A DNA stretch of 64,000 nucleotides from Bacteroidales bacterium (GTDB lineage Bacteria > Bacteroidota > Bacteroidia > Bacteroidales > UBA3663): positions 784 to 64,783 of the forward strand of contig JAZQBS010000036.1 of the NCBI GenBank assembly GCA_045545875.1. The letters run 5' to 3'. Numbering within the stretch: position 1 is the stretch's first letter; each line of letters starts with the position of its first letter. A program made the position numbers and the translations under genes. The notes beneath the pieces were generated by a model. The model ran no database searches. It was not told the origin of the DNA and worked only from the letters and a program-made list of their open reading frames with translations. Of this stretch, positions 30,519 to 41,017 are shown one piece after another.

Positions 30519-30676
30519 TGGAATCATTATGATGAGAGCAGCCACGGACGGCTGCAACAGGGACGCTGGGGACGAGAAGCAGCCAAACTTGGCTACGACG
30601 AAACAGGGAGGAAGGCCAAAGGACGACCGGGGACAACACGGAGGACGACCAGGGGGCGACCAGAGGTCCACGAGGG

Positions 30677-31330
30677 TTAATAGGTGGACGCAGGGCTCTG
30701 AAGGGAGAATGGGGTGCGGTTGAGGATGCTGCGGCCTAGCGTAACGGCGTCGGCATATTCAATCTCGTCACCTACGCTGACGCCGAGGGCGAGAGTGGTG
30801 ACCTTGAGATGAGGGAAGCGCTGAAGCTGGCGGAAGATGTATCCGTTGGTGAGATCGCCTTCCATGGTGGTGGAGAGGGCGAGAATCACCTCGTTGATGG
30901 GCGATTGACCTTCGGCCTGACTTTGGCGGATACGCTCAACGAGGCTATCAATCTCGAGTTGTTGGGGGCTGATGCCATCCATCGGGGAAATAAGCCCACC
31001 GAGGACGTGATAGAGGCCCTGGAACTGACGTGTGGCCTCGATGGCCATCACTTCCTTAACGTTCTCGACCACACAGACGGTGGCAGCATCACGCTTGGGA
31101 TTGGCACAGATCTGACAGAGGTCGGAGTCGCTGAGGTTGTGACAGCACTTGCAGTAACGCACCTCCTTGCGCAGACGTATGAGCGATTCGCCAAGGTGAA
31201 TGGCTCGCTCGGGCTCCTGACGAAGCAGGTGGAGCGTTAGGCGAAGCGCCGTCTTACGACCGATGCCGGGCAGTTTGGCGAACTCGTCGATGGCGCTGGT
31301 CAGCAATTGTGAGGGATACTGTTCCATCAA
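30677..31330 (-). CDS. recR: Recombination mediator RecR
   Basis: [12 protein letters not shown]4 zinc finger, [19 protein letters not shown]. Confidence 0.95.
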   Translation of the reverse strand: MMEQYPSQLLTSAIDEFAKLPGIGRKTALRLTLHLLRQEPERAIHLGESLIRLRKEVRYCKCCHNLSDSDLCQICANPKRDAATVCVVENVKEVMAIEATRQFQGLYHVLGGLISPMDGISPQQLEIDSLVERIRQSQAEGQSPINEVILALSTTMEGDLTNGYIFRQLQRFPHLKVTTLALGVSVGDEIEYADAVTLGRSILNRTPFSLQSPASTY

Positions 31331-31818
31331 TATTTACCGTAATCTTTGCGCGCACGATCCATCGCACGCTGGTCTTCCTTATCCTTCATTGTGTCGCGCT
31401 TGTCGTACTGCTTCTTGCCTTTGCAGAGTGCGATATCAAGTTTGGCAAGCCCCTTCTCGTTGATGAAGAGCCGAAGGGGGACGATGGTCAATCCAGGTTC
31501 CTTCGAACTGTTCTGCAGGCCACGCAATTCACGTCGAGTGAGAAGCAGTTTGCGGTCGCGATGGGCGTTGTGGTTATTATAGGTACCGTAGAAATATTCG
31601 GCTATATATACATTCTTTGCCCACAGTTCACCATGGTCGAAAAGGCAGTAGGAGTCGGTCAGTCCGGCCTTGCCTGCACGCAACGACTTGATCTCGGTAC
31701 CTGTGAGCACCATGCCGGCGGTGTAGGTATCGAGAATCTCATAGTCGAAGGTAGCACGTTTGTTGCGGATGTTGACGGCCGCGTTGCCTGCCCCTTTCTT
31801 CTTATTGTTGTTTGCCAT
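31327..31818 (-). CDS. smpB: SsrA-binding protein
   Basis: [35 protein letters not shown]. Confidence 0.97.
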   Translation of the reverse strand: MANNNKKKGAGNAAVNIRNKRATFDYEILDTYTAGMVLTGTEIKSLRAGKAGLTDSYCLFDHGELWAKNVYIAEYFYGTYNNHNAHRDRKLLLTRRELRGLQNSSKEPGLTIVPLRLFINEKGLAKLDIALCKGKKQYDKRDTMKDKEDQRAMDRARKDYGKY

Positions 31819-31845
31819 AGTTCAATCAAAAACGTAAAAATCGGC

Positions 31846-32430
31846 TCATCCCTGCAGGAACTGCAGGAGGTGCTGGATGAGACTAGGCGAGAAAAAGATG
31901 ACGAGAAACGACATAAAGCCGAACAACCAACGCCTCTTCTCGGCCACACGAATATAGGTATGCGAACCGTTCCAGGTGATATAGACAAGATACAACGCGA
32001 TGAACTCGAAGAACCGGAAAGCCGGGAAGACCGCCATCAGCATCTCGATAGCCATGAGGAAACTGGTGCTGTAAAACACGAAGTTGGTGAGTCGGTCCTT
32101 GTCGGGATGGGGTAAATCGAAGATGTTGACAAGCATCGTCTTGATGAGCATCATGGCCAAATAGGGCCCCACGAAGTAGGCTACAAGGACGGGCACCATC
32201 TTCGTCATGCCGTACTGGAAGTCGAAACTCACCTCGGGATTGGGACTGCGCCATCCTGCAAAGAGGAAGATGACAAACGACATGATGCCCAACAAGGGAT
32301 AGAAGTAGTTCCTCAGCATGTATGCAGGCTTTGATTCCCTAGTCTCGGCGTTGGCAAGGTAGCTCCATGCCTGGTCGGACTGAGTAATCAAAGCTATCAA
32401 GAACTTGACTATGTATTTGAATTGGTTCAA
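31846..32430 (-). CDS. Yip1-like multi-TM membrane protein
   Basis: About 5 TM segments; TTG start uncertain. Confidence 0.65.
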   Translation of the reverse strand: MNQFKYIVKFLIALITQSDQAWSYLANAETRESKPAYMLRNYFYPLLGIMSFVIFLFAGWRSPNPEVSFDFQYGMTKMVPVLVAYFVGPYLAMMLIKTMLVNIFDLPHPDKDRLTNFVFYSTSFLMAIEMLMAVFPAFRFFEFIALYLVYITWNGSHTYIRVAEKRRWLFGFMSFLVIFFSPSLIQHLLQFLQG

Positions 32431-32446
32431 GGGAGGATTTATTTTT

Positions 32447-32580
32447 GAGATATTTGGGGATATTAAGGGATATTTGAGGATTTTTAGGGACGTTAGTATC
32501 GCCTAGATAAGAACTGGAACCAAGGAACAATCGTCCCCTAATATCCCTTCAAGTCCCTTATAATCCCTTATAATCCCTTA
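32447..32580. repeat. Inverted pair of 10-mer tandem arms (AAGGGATATT...AATATCCCTT)
   Basis: Forward arm 32447-32495 ends AGGGACGTTA; reverse arm 32533-32580; about 40 bp between them. Confidence 0.8.
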
Positions 32581-33822
32581 GTCGAGCGAATGAACCACGA
32601 GACCAGAGCGGAGTTTGGGCTCGAACCAGGTGGTCTTGGGTGGCATGATGTTGCCCGAATCGGCGATGTTCATAAGTTGATCCATCGAAACAGGATAGAG
32701 GGCAAGAGCCACACGCATTTCGCCGCTATCGACACGACGCTTGAGTTCACCAAGGCCACGCAAACCACCTACGAAGTCGATACGCTTGTCGCGACGAAGG
32801 TCCTTGATTCCGAGGATACGGTCGAGAATAAGGTCGGAAGAGACGCTTACATCGAGCACGCCGATGGGATCGTTGTCGTTGTAGGTGCCCGGCTTGGCAG
32901 TGAGGCTGTACCAATAGCCATCGAGGTAGAGGCTGAAGTTGTGGAGACGAACGGGATGATAAATCTCGGTGCCCATCTTTTCAACCACAAAATTCTCAGC
33001 CACCTTGGCCAGAAACTCCTCGCTAGTAAGACCGTTGAGATCCTTCACTACGCGGTTGTAGTCCATAATCTTGAGTTGGCCAGCAGGGAAGCACACTGCC
33101 AGGAAGAAATTGTACTCCTCGTCGCCCGTATGATTGGGGTTCTGGAGGGCACGCTCCTGCCCTACTCGGGCTGCAGCAGCCGTGCGATGATGTCCGTCGG
33201 CCACATAGAGATAAGGGATGGCAGCAAAAGCTTCGGTGATGGTCTGGATGGTGTCGGGATTGTCGATTACCCAGAACTCGTGGATGAAGCCTTCGGCGGA
33301 AGTGAATCGCTCAACGCTTGGACGAGCAGCCGTCTCGCGAATGACGCGATCGAGCACCTCGTTGTCGGGGAATGCGAAGAACACGGGTTCCATATTGGCC
33401 GAGAGACAGCGCACGTGCTTCATGCGATCCTCCTCCTTGTCGGCACGGGTGAGTTCGTGCTTCTTGATGACGCCGTTAAGATAGTCATCGACATTAGCAG
33501 CAACGACGAGACCATATTGGGTACGGCCATCCATGGTCTGGCTATAAAGATAATAATAAGGAGCAGGGTCCTGGACGAGCCAACCGTTCTGCTTGAATTT
33601 CTTGAACTGCTCGACAGCAACATCATAGACCTTGGGGTCGTGCTCGTCAGCAATCGGGTCGAAATTTATCTCGGGTTTGATGATGTGATAGAGCGACTTC
33701 TCATTGCCCTTGCACTCATCGTAGGCCTCTTGCGAAGACAGGACATCGTAGGGACGTGAAGAAACGACGGGTGCGAGCTCAGGGGATGGACGAAAACCTT
33801 TGAAAGGACGAACTTTTGCCAT
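32578..33822 (-). CDS. DUF1015 family protein
   Basis: PYDV, IKKHELTR, YVADGHHR, MPPKTTWFEPKLRSG; typical serC-serA neighbour. Confidence 0.92.
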   Translation of the reverse strand: MAKVRPFKGFRPSPELAPVVSSRPYDVLSSQEAYDECKGNEKSLYHIIKPEINFDPIADEHDPKVYDVAVEQFKKFKQNGWLVQDPAPYYYLYSQTMDGRTQYGLVVAANVDDYLNGVIKKHELTRADKEEDRMKHVRCLSANMEPVFFAFPDNEVLDRVIRETAARPSVERFTSAEGFIHEFWVIDNPDTIQTITEAFAAIPYLYVADGHHRTAAAARVGQERALQNPNHTGDEEYNFFLAVCFPAGQLKIMDYNRVVKDLNGLTSEEFLAKVAENFVVEKMGTEIYHPVRLHNFSLYLDGYWYSLTAKPGTYNDNDPIGVLDVSVSSDLILDRILGIKDLRRDKRIDFVGGLRGLGELKRRVDSGEMRVALALYPVSMDQLMNIADSGNIMPPKTTWFEPKLRSGLVVHSLD

Positions 33823-33828
33823 ATTAAC

Positions 33829-33884
33829 TAAGGGATATTTAGGGATTCTTAAGGATACAAAGGGATATTAAGGGACGTTACCTT
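33829..33884. repeat. 10-mer tandem arm (AAGGGATATT type)
   Basis: Five degenerate units ending AAGGGACGTTACCTT. Confidence 0.8.
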
Positions 33885-33893
33885 GGATATATC

Positions 33894-35465
33894 TTACTTC
33901 AGATATTTCTTTATCATCAGATTAACCTTGCGTAGCGACAAGGGGTTGTTGAGGAGATAACGTGCCCCTAGCTGCTGGACGCGCTTGTGGAGAGCACGCT
34001 GTCCGTAATCATCGGTGATGATGATAGGGGTCTCGGGTGCCTTGTCATGCATATATGAGATGAGGTCGAAGACCATCATTTTGCCAGGCAGACTTGAGTC
34101 GAGGAAGACGATGTCGGGGTCAAGTCTGTCAAACTCCTCGCGGAACTCATCGGTAGTTGCTGTCACGGTGACGTCGAAGAGGTGCTGGTTGCTGTACAAA
34201 CTGGCATTGTCACGCATACCGATGAGGACATGGGGCAAGGACGCACGGCTCTGAAGCAACTCTTCAGCCTCGGCATCGTGTTCACGATTTAATTCGTCGA
34301 GTACATCTTCCTGCTTTTCTCCATCGTGGTGATCAATATGCTTAAACGACAACTGATTAGCTGCCTTTCGTGCATCAAGGGGAAGGGTGATAACGTACTT
34401 CAGTTTGCCCGTCTCCTGCTGCATGACCTGCACTTCGCCAAACAATCGCTTGGCCATAAGCCTGCAAACACTCAGCACTAGCCCCGACTCGGTGTAAGAA
34501 GTGTGCGTCTCAGCCTCTGTGGTGCTGGTGCCCACACAAGTCACCGAAATGGCCAATTCCTCCCTCGCCAGATCGACGACATAACTCATAGTGGTTGTGC
34601 CTGCAACCTGCGACTGGAACTGCGGATTGATGAGATTATCGAGCAGCAGGTCGAGGAGTTTCACATCAACGTAGATGACCTGATTGTCGTAGAGGTTGGC
34701 GAAATAGAACTTCACACGATTGCCAGCCCTCAAAGAATAGACCTGCTGAAGTTCGGCAAGGTGTTCCCACAACACGAGAGGCCGCACGTCATAACTGTCG
34801 GAGTGATCATTACCTCCGACGGTGAACTTGAACTTGTCGGTGAGTTCGAGAAGGTGACTGACCTTGTCCTTGAGCGAGGAAAGATGCATCAGCATATCCT
34901 CGGACTTCGAAATGCCATCGGACGAGATGAAGAGATTGGCATTCTCGGCTAGATTGCGGAAGAAGACGCCCACCTCCTGGATGATACCCGTGGAATAGTC
35001 GAGTTGCTGACGTGCATGCTGCAACTGATGTTCCTTCTGGTTGATGAGTTTCAGTTGGGCACGATAACGCTGGTCGAGATTGATGGCGATGCCGTGGACA
35101 TAGGTGGGACGACCCATACGGTCGCGCTTCACAGTCTTGCCGCGAAAGCCATACCACTCGTATTCGCCCGAACTCTGTCCATCGGGTTTCAGTTCGGCAG
35201 CCACATTGATGCGGATGTCCACCTCGAACATCTTGTCACTCTTGTAGAGAGGCGAAGTATGACGAACGAGGACCTTCTGGATATCGTCGGGATGAACACG
35301 CTCGAGCATAGTGTCGAGCTTGATGTTCTTCTCCTTGTCTTCGAGCCATGGGGTATTCAACGAAGGTATCCCGAAGCGTACCTTGTGCTCCGGGATATAC
35401 CATTCCCAAACGTATGTTTCGCAATCGTTGAGGAACGGCTCGAATTCGTTGAACAGTTTGGCCAT
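33894..35465 (-). CDS. Degenerate hybrid sensor: PAS-like, pseudo-HisKA/HATPase and receiver-like domains
   Basis: VWEW..VHPDD PAS, remnant G2 box SGLVLSVCR, receiver PDIVFLD; start overlaps the serA stop (TGATG). Confidence 0.75.
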   Translation of the reverse strand: MAKLFNEFEPFLNDCETYVWEWYIPEHKVRFGIPSLNTPWLEDKEKNIKLDTMLERVHPDDIQKVLVRHTSPLYKSDKMFEVDIRINVAAELKPDGQSSGEYEWYGFRGKTVKRDRMGRPTYVHGIAINLDQRYRAQLKLINQKEHQLQHARQQLDYSTGIIQEVGVFFRNLAENANLFISSDGISKSEDMLMHLSSLKDKVSHLLELTDKFKFTVGGNDHSDSYDVRPLVLWEHLAELQQVYSLRAGNRVKFYFANLYDNQVIYVDVKLLDLLLDNLINPQFQSQVAGTTTMSYVVDLAREELAISVTCVGTSTTEAETHTSYTESGLVLSVCRLMAKRLFGEVQVMQQETGKLKYVITLPLDARKAANQLSFKHIDHHDGEKQEDVLDELNREHDAEAEELLQSRASLPHVLIGMRDNASLYSNQHLFDVTVTATTDEFREEFDRLDPDIVFLDSSLPGKMMVFDLISYMHDKAPETPIIITDDYGQRALHKRVQQLGARYLLNNPLSLRKVNLMIKKYLK

Positions 35466-36382
35466 CAATTTACGCGGAAGCGGTCGATGCCCTCCTTCAG
35501 ATAGCCACAAGCCTGCTTGGCTGCGGCAATGCCTGCGTTGCTATTGGCCTCAGCAGTCTGCGCGCCGCTCTTCTTGGGAGTGAAGAACACACGAGTGCCG
35601 TACTTAGCCACAAACTCATCAGCTGCACCTGGCTTCACGTCAGCAATGTAGCGGAAGTCGGGACGCTCGTCCATGAGTTTCATCAGACCAGCCTCATCGA
35701 CCACCTCCTTGCGGGCGGTATTGATCAGGCAAGCGTTCTTGGGCATATCCTTGAGCAGGTCGTAGTTGATGCTGCCGATGGTCTCCTTGGTAGCAGGGCA
35801 ATGGAGGCTGACATACTGGCAGGTGCTGTAGAGTTCGGCAAGCGAATCAACAGCCTTGACGCCACCTGCCTCAATCTGTTCGCGGGTGAGGAAGGGATCG
35901 TAGGCATAGACATCCATGCCGAAGCCCTTTGCGACACGAGCCACATTGCGAGCCACGTTGCCGAAAGCATGCAGACCCAGGGTCTTGCCCTTGAGCTCGG
36001 TGCCGGCAGCACCGCTGAACTGGTTGCGGCACTGGAAAAGGAGCATACCGAAGACGAGTTCGGCAACTGCATTGGCATTCTGGCCAGGAGTGTTCATTGC
36101 CACAACGTTGTGGGCTGTAGCAGCAGCCAGGTCGATGTTGTCGTAACCTGCACCGGCACGAACCACCACGCAGAGGTTCTTGGCAGCATCGAGCACCTCG
36201 GCATCGACTTTGTCGGAACGGATAATCATACCCTCGACATCAGCCACAGCATTGAGGAGCTGCTGCTTCTCGGTATATTTCTCGAGTTTTACCACTTCGA
36301 TGCCAGCACCGGTGATAATCTCTTCCATCGCCTTTACTGCTGCCGCAGCAAAGGGCTTTTCGGTTGCAATAAGAATCTTCAT
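35465..36382 (-). CDS. serA: D-3-phosphoglycerate dehydrogenase
   Basis: MKILIATEKPF, RAGAGYDNID, NTPGQNANAVAE, INTAR; next to serC. Confidence 0.9.
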   Translation of the reverse strand: MKILIATEKPFAAAAVKAMEEIITGAGIEVVKLEKYTEKQQLLNAVADVEGMIIRSDKVDAEVLDAAKNLCVVVRAGAGYDNIDLAAATAHNVVAMNTPGQNANAVAELVFGMLLFQCRNQFSGAAGTELKGKTLGLHAFGNVARNVARVAKGFGMDVYAYDPFLTREQIEAGGVKAVDSLAELYSTCQYVSLHCPATKETIGSINYDLLKDMPKNACLINTARKEVVDEAGLMKLMDERPDFRYIADVKPGAADEFVAKYGTRVFFTPKKSGAQTAEANSNAGIAAAKQACGYLKEGIDRFRVN

Positions 36383-36490
36383 TGACTTTGGATAATTGTA
36401 TTCAAACAACGGAATAGACTTGGTTTCACGTCCGGGAGTCCCCAGGATGTTGGGGATATCAATCTTCTGAACGATACCCATAATAAACTA

Positions 36491-37552
36491 TCAGATAGTT
36501 GCCTCGAATTCCTTCATGCAAGCTACGAGAGCCTCTACGCCCTCCTTTGGCATAGCATTGTAGAGCGATGCGCGGAAACCGCCCACTGAACGATGGCCCT
36601 TGATGCCTACCATACCACGCTCGGAAGCGAACTTGAAGAAGGCGTCGTTGAGCTCCTGGTACTCATCGTTCATCACGAAGCAGACGTTCATGCGGCTGCG
36701 GTCCTCGGCAACAACGGTGCCACGGAAGAGTTTGTTGCGGTCGATCTCGTCGTAAAGTATGGTCGACTTCTCGATGGCACGCTGCTCCAGGGCCTTGAGG
36801 CCGCCGAGTTCCTTGTACCACTTGAGGGTCTGAAGCACGGTGAAGATGGGGAGACATGGAGGGGTATTGAACATCGAACCCTTCTTGATGTGGGTCTGAT
36901 AGTCGAGCATGGTGGGAAGACCCTCCTTGGTGACCTTGTCCTTCTTGATGATTACGATGGTGACACCTGCAGGACCTGCATTCTTCTGGGCACCTGCATA
37001 GATGCAATCATACTTGCTTACATCAACGGGGTGAGAGAGGAAGTCAGACGACATATCGGCGCAAAGGGGCACGGCAACGTCGGGAGTCTCGATCATCTCG
37101 GTACCATAGATGGTATTGTTGGAGCAATAGTGGAAATAATCGACATCAGTAGGTACGGTGAAGCCCTTGGGGATATAGGTGAAGTTCTTGTCCTTGGAAC
37201 TTGCTACAACCTCCACCTCGCCGACAAACTTGGCCTGCTTGATGGCATTGGAAGCCCATGTACCGGTCTCGAGATAAGCAGCCTTGGTCTTCAACAGATT
37301 GAGAGGCATCATATAGAACTGGAGGCTGGCGCCACCGCCGAGGAAGAGGACCTCGTAGCCCTCGGGAACGTCAAGCAGCTCCTTCACGAGCGCATTAGCC
37401 TCGTCGACAACAGCCTGGAATTCCTTGGATCGGTGTGAGACCTCAAGGATAGAGAGGCCAGTGCCTGCGAAGTTCTGTACTGCCTTAGCGGTCTCATTGA
37501 TTGCAAACGGACTCAGGATGGATGGTCCGGCATAGAAGTTGTACTTTTTCAT
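36491..37552 (-). CDS. serC: Phosphoserine aminotransferase
   Basis: [43 protein letters not shown]. Confidence 0.97.
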   Translation of the reverse strand: MKKYNFYAGPSILSPFAINETAKAVQNFAGTGLSILEVSHRSKEFQAVVDEANALVKELLDVPEGYEVLFLGGGASLQFYMMPLNLLKTKAAYLETGTWASNAIKQAKFVGEVEVVASSKDKNFTYIPKGFTVPTDVDYFHYCSNNTIYGTEMIETPDVAVPLCADMSSDFLSHPVDVSKYDCIYAGAQKNAGPAGVTIVIIKKDKVTKEGLPTMLDYQTHIKKGSMFNTPPCLPIFTVLQTLKWYKELGGLKALEQRAIEKSTILYDEIDRNKLFRGTVVAEDRSRMNVCFVMNDEYQELNDAFFKFASERGMVGIKGHRSVGGFRASLYNAMPKEGVEALVACMKEFEATI

Positions 37553-37708
37553 ACTTTTAAGTTTATTGTATGTTTGAAATTGTCAATATAAAAAGTAGTT
37601 TTAGGGGTTTGTATTGACACGCAAAAATACGAAACAAATTCGAGATTGTCAAGTTTTTTCGAATAATATTAAGAAAATGGGGGAAAAATGAATATTTTTA
37701 GCCACTAT

Positions 37709-39085
37709 TTATTTGAATCTGTCACCCCAAAATGCCGAAAGTTGCGCCTTCAGTCTGTCTTCTTGCGCATTAGGCTGAGGATGATAGAATAACGACTGCT
37801 GCATTCCTCCCTCAGCGACAAGGGCATCGGGCAGATACTGCTGATAGGCGAAGTGTCCGGGGAAGTCGTGGGCATACATATACCCCTTGCCGTAACCCTC
37901 CTGTGCCATCAGTTTGGTGGGTGCATTGCGCAAATGGAGGGGCACAGGCAGATTGCCCGTCTCGCGCACCTTCTGCAAAGCAGAATCGATGGCAAGGTAG
38001 GAGGCGTTGCTCTTGGGCGAAGAGGCAAGATAGACACAAGCCTCGGCCAAGGGGATGCGCCCCTCGGGCCAACCTATCTTCTGTACGGCATCGAAGGCAG
38101 CATTGGCCAGAAGGAGGGCATTGGGATTGGCCAGACCGATATCTTCGCTGGCCGAAATGACCAGACGACGGGCGATGAAGACGGGATCCTCCCCTCCTTC
38201 AATCATGCGGGCCATATAGTAGATGGCGGCATCGGGATCAGAGCCACGGATTGACTTGATCATAGCCGACACCAGGTCGTAGTGCATCTCGCCATCCTTG
38301 TCATACGCCATCGGATTGGCCTGGAGCTTTTCGGCAACCAAGGCATCGGTGATGACAATGGTGGGTTCTTCTTTCGAAGCGCCAGCAGACTCGTCGTCTT
38401 CATTATCAGTTGGTTCGTCGTCGTCATTGTCATCGGCATAGTCGAAATCATCGTCGGCATACTCACCGCAGACGAGGTCGAGGATATTCAGGAACTTGCG
38501 GCAGTCGCCTCCTGCATAGCGAAGCAGGGCACTAGTCTCCTTTACCTCGACTTTTCGCTTCGAGATGATGGGGTCTTCCTTCAGGACACGTTCCATAAGG
38601 CCCAACAGGTCGTCGTTGCTGAGTGGCTGAAGGGTATAGACCTGGCAACGGCTCAGCAAGGGGCGAATCACCTCGAACGAAGGGTTCTCGGTAGTAGCAC
38701 CGATGAGGGTGACGACACCACGCTCGACGGCATCGAGCAGCGAATCCTGCTGCGATTTCGAGAAGCGATGGATTTCGTCAATGAAGAGGATGGGTGAAGC
38801 GTTGGGCAGGAAGAAACGATCCTTCTTGGCACGCTCGATCACTTCGCGCACCTCCTTGACGCCGCTGCTTACGGCTGAGAGCGTGTAGAACGGCAGATCG
38901 AGGGTCTGTGCGATGATTCGTGCCAACGTGGTCTTGCCGACGCCAGGAGGTCCCCAGAGGATGAACGAGGCGATGCGTCCCGATTCGATCATCCGACGCA
39001 GCACAGCGCCCTGTCCCACCAGGTGCTTCTGTCCGATATATCCGTCGAGGCTCTTTGGCCTCATTCTTTCTGCTAAGGGGGTCAT
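37709..39085 (-). CDS. rarA: Replication-associated recombination protein A (MgsA/RarA)
   Basis: [49 protein letters not shown]. Confidence 0.95.
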   Translation of the reverse strand: MTPLAERMRPKSLDGYIGQKHLVGQGAVLRRMIESGRIASFILWGPPGVGKTTLARIIAQTLDLPFYTLSAVSSGVKEVREVIERAKKDRFFLPNASPILFIDEIHRFSKSQQDSLLDAVERGVVTLIGATTENPSFEVIRPLLSRCQVYTLQPLSNDDLLGLMERVLKEDPIISKRKVEVKETSALLRYAGGDCRKFLNILDLVCGEYADDDFDYADDNDDDEPTDNEDDESAGASKEEPTIVITDALVAEKLQANPMAYDKDGEMHYDLVSAMIKSIRGSDPDAAIYYMARMIEGGEDPVFIARRLVISASEDIGLANPNALLLANAAFDAVQKIGWPEGRIPLAEACVYLASSPKSNASYLAIDSALQKVRETGNLPVPLHLRNAPTKLMAQEGYGKGYMYAHDFPGHFAYQQYLPDALVAEGGMQQSLFYHPQPNAQEDRLKAQLSAFWGDRFK

Positions 39086-39091
39086 TGTTTA

Positions 39092-40438
39092 TTATTTTTT
39101 GTTTTTAAAATCCCTTGCCTTATTGATGTCCAGTGACATGGTGAAGGCGGCGCCGCGGCAGGTCATATCGTCGAAGCCGACAGCGACGCCGAATTTCCAA
39201 AAACGGAAAAGGTCGATGCCATACTGCAGTTCCCAATACGGACGATGGGTGGGAACCTTCACTACGTGGGCCTGCACATATTCCTTGAGGAACATCCCGT
39301 TGCGGGTGAGCCAGGTGAGCAGCATACGGTCGGACGCCCATTGGATATGGCCTTCCATCCAGGAACGGTCGGTGGATAGTTCGTAATTGTCGAGCAAAAC
39401 GAAACGCGACAGCGCATTGTCCTTCTGCCACCAGAATCGCGAGGCGTCGAGGTGATGCCAATCGGTGAGACTGAGGTCGCCGTGCTTGTAGATGGCACCT
39501 CCACTGACGAGATAACTCAGTTCATCCTCGCCGCGCGATAGGTTGTTGTCACCACTGATGCGCAGGTCGAACGATGCGAAGTGCCATTTGCCCATACCCA
39601 GGTCGGTGAGCAGCGAAAAGCGTGGATAGGACGAACGGCTCAGGCAGGTCATATCGTCAAAGACCACATGCTGCTGGCCGAACTGGTAATTGAACTCCAG
39701 GTTGAGCAGTGCCATGTCGCCATCGGTTTCGCCCTCGTAGAGCATCAGTTCGCTGGCCGTCTTGCCTACCCTCAATCGGGGCACATTGTCCTGTCCATGC
39801 GTACCGAAGATGGTGGTCAACTTATGATTCTCCATCTCGCGACGACGTTCCCAGGCAAGGTGCATCTTCATGTCAAGGTCGTTGCCCACGGGGAATGACA
39901 GGCGCAAACCGGCATCGGTGCGTTCGAGCAGCTTGTAATGATTCCATCCGAAGATACCTGTTGCGAGCAGCGACTGCGACATCGGCATCGTCGGGTTGTG
40001 GTCGTAATCCTCGGTATGACGTCCGCCATGCAGTTCGACCATCACGGCACGTTCGACGGGGGAATACCAGCGCAAGGCACCTTTGGCAAGCCAGGCTTCA
40101 CGGCTCACTGCCCAACGCACCGTCTCCTCCACCTCGAATCGCTGACGCGAGGGCGACATATAGCCGAAGATGGCATGGGGACCAAAACTGTAGCCATCGA
40201 CGAAATTCATCACCGAAAGGTCGTTGATGCCTTCGGGGATCTCCATATACCATTGGCCGCTGGCTGTGCGTGTCATTCCTCCATCGTAGAGCATCTTCCA
40301 CCATTTGACGCCTTCTTTGGGCCTGACGCGTGGGTAGCGAGGGGTATGCGACTCCGAAAATGCAGTAGTCTGCCCCCAGGCTACCACCGGCAGCAGAAAG
40401 AGCAGACTACATATTATAAATAATAGATATCGTTTCAC
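39092..40438 (-). CDS. Outer-membrane beta-barrel protein (DUF5686-like)
   Basis: Signal peptide, NFVDG motif, amphipathic beta strands; GTG start. Confidence 0.6.
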   Translation of the reverse strand: MKRYLLFIICSLLFLLPVVAWGQTTAFSESHTPRYPRVRPKEGVKWWKMLYDGGMTRTASGQWYMEIPEGINDLSVMNFVDGYSFGPHAIFGYMSPSRQRFEVEETVRWAVSREAWLAKGALRWYSPVERAVMVELHGGRHTEDYDHNPTMPMSQSLLATGIFGWNHYKLLERTDAGLRLSFPVGNDLDMKMHLAWERRREMENHKLTTIFGTHGQDNVPRLRVGKTASELMLYEGETDGDMALLNLEFNYQFGQQHVVFDDMTCLSRSSYPRFSLLTDLGMGKWHFASFDLRISGDNNLSRGEDELSYLVSGGAIYKHGDLSLTDWHHLDASRFWWQKDNALSRFVLLDNYELSTDRSWMEGHIQWASDRMLLTWLTRNGMFLKEYVQAHVVKVPTHRPYWELQYGIDLFRFWKFGVAVGFDDMTCRGAAFTMSLDINKARDFKNKK

Positions 40439-40462
40439 AGCGTGTTCATTCGTTCGTTTGCA

Positions 40463-40978
40463 TTACGCATCAAAAAACACCTTTCCGCTGGCATCCTCGG
40501 GTCGTTCGACTCCCGGATATTCCGAACAGAAGTGATTTCTCAGCCTTTCGAGGTAACGCTTTGCCTCATATTTGGCCATGGGCAGATCGTGCATCAGATA
40601 ATTGCCGCAGGTGGCCGGTGTGGTGCCGGGAACCTCGTCGTCGTAGTCACGCACATATTCGAACGCGCCGATCATCAGTTGTCGAACTTCCTCACAGGAA
40701 TAATATCCCTTCATGATGAGGTAGTTGCCTGTCAGACAACCCATCGGCCCCCAATAGATGATGTTCTCCTTCCAGCCATCGAGATTGCGCAGATAGGTTG
40801 CCACGAGATGCTCGATGGTGTGGATGGCCGCAGGATTGAGGCACGGCTCATGGTTGGGCGCAGTCATACGGATGTCGTAGGTGGTGATGACGACACCTCC
40901 TGCCTCGTCCTGACGGCTCACGTAGATGCCAGGTTGCAGGTTGGTATGATCGACGGCGAAACTGGGGATGAGGTCCAT
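40463..40978 (-). CDS. luxS: S-ribosylhomocysteine lyase
   Basis: SFAVDH, HTIEHL, GPMGCLTG, CGNY. Confidence 0.95.
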   Translation of the reverse strand: MDLIPSFAVDHTNLQPGIYVSRQDEAGGVVITTYDIRMTAPNHEPCLNPAAIHTIEHLVATYLRNLDGWKENIIYWGPMGCLTGNYLIMKGYYSCEEVRQLMIGAFEYVRDYDDEVPGTTPATCGNYLMHDLPMAKYEAKRYLERLRNHFCSEYPGVERPEDASGKVFFDA

Positions 40979-41017
40979 TAATCAATTAACAATTAATAAT
41001 TAACAATTAACAATTAA
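40978..41017. repeat. Heptamer tandem arm (AACAATT/AATAATT)
   Basis: Fills the pheS-luxS gap and includes the pheS stop codon. Confidence 0.85.

Noticed and set aside
40463-40978. luxS as evidence of a quorum-sensing system
   Set aside because: No AI-2 receptor or transporter genes are nearby, and a metabolic role in the methyl cycle is sufficient.
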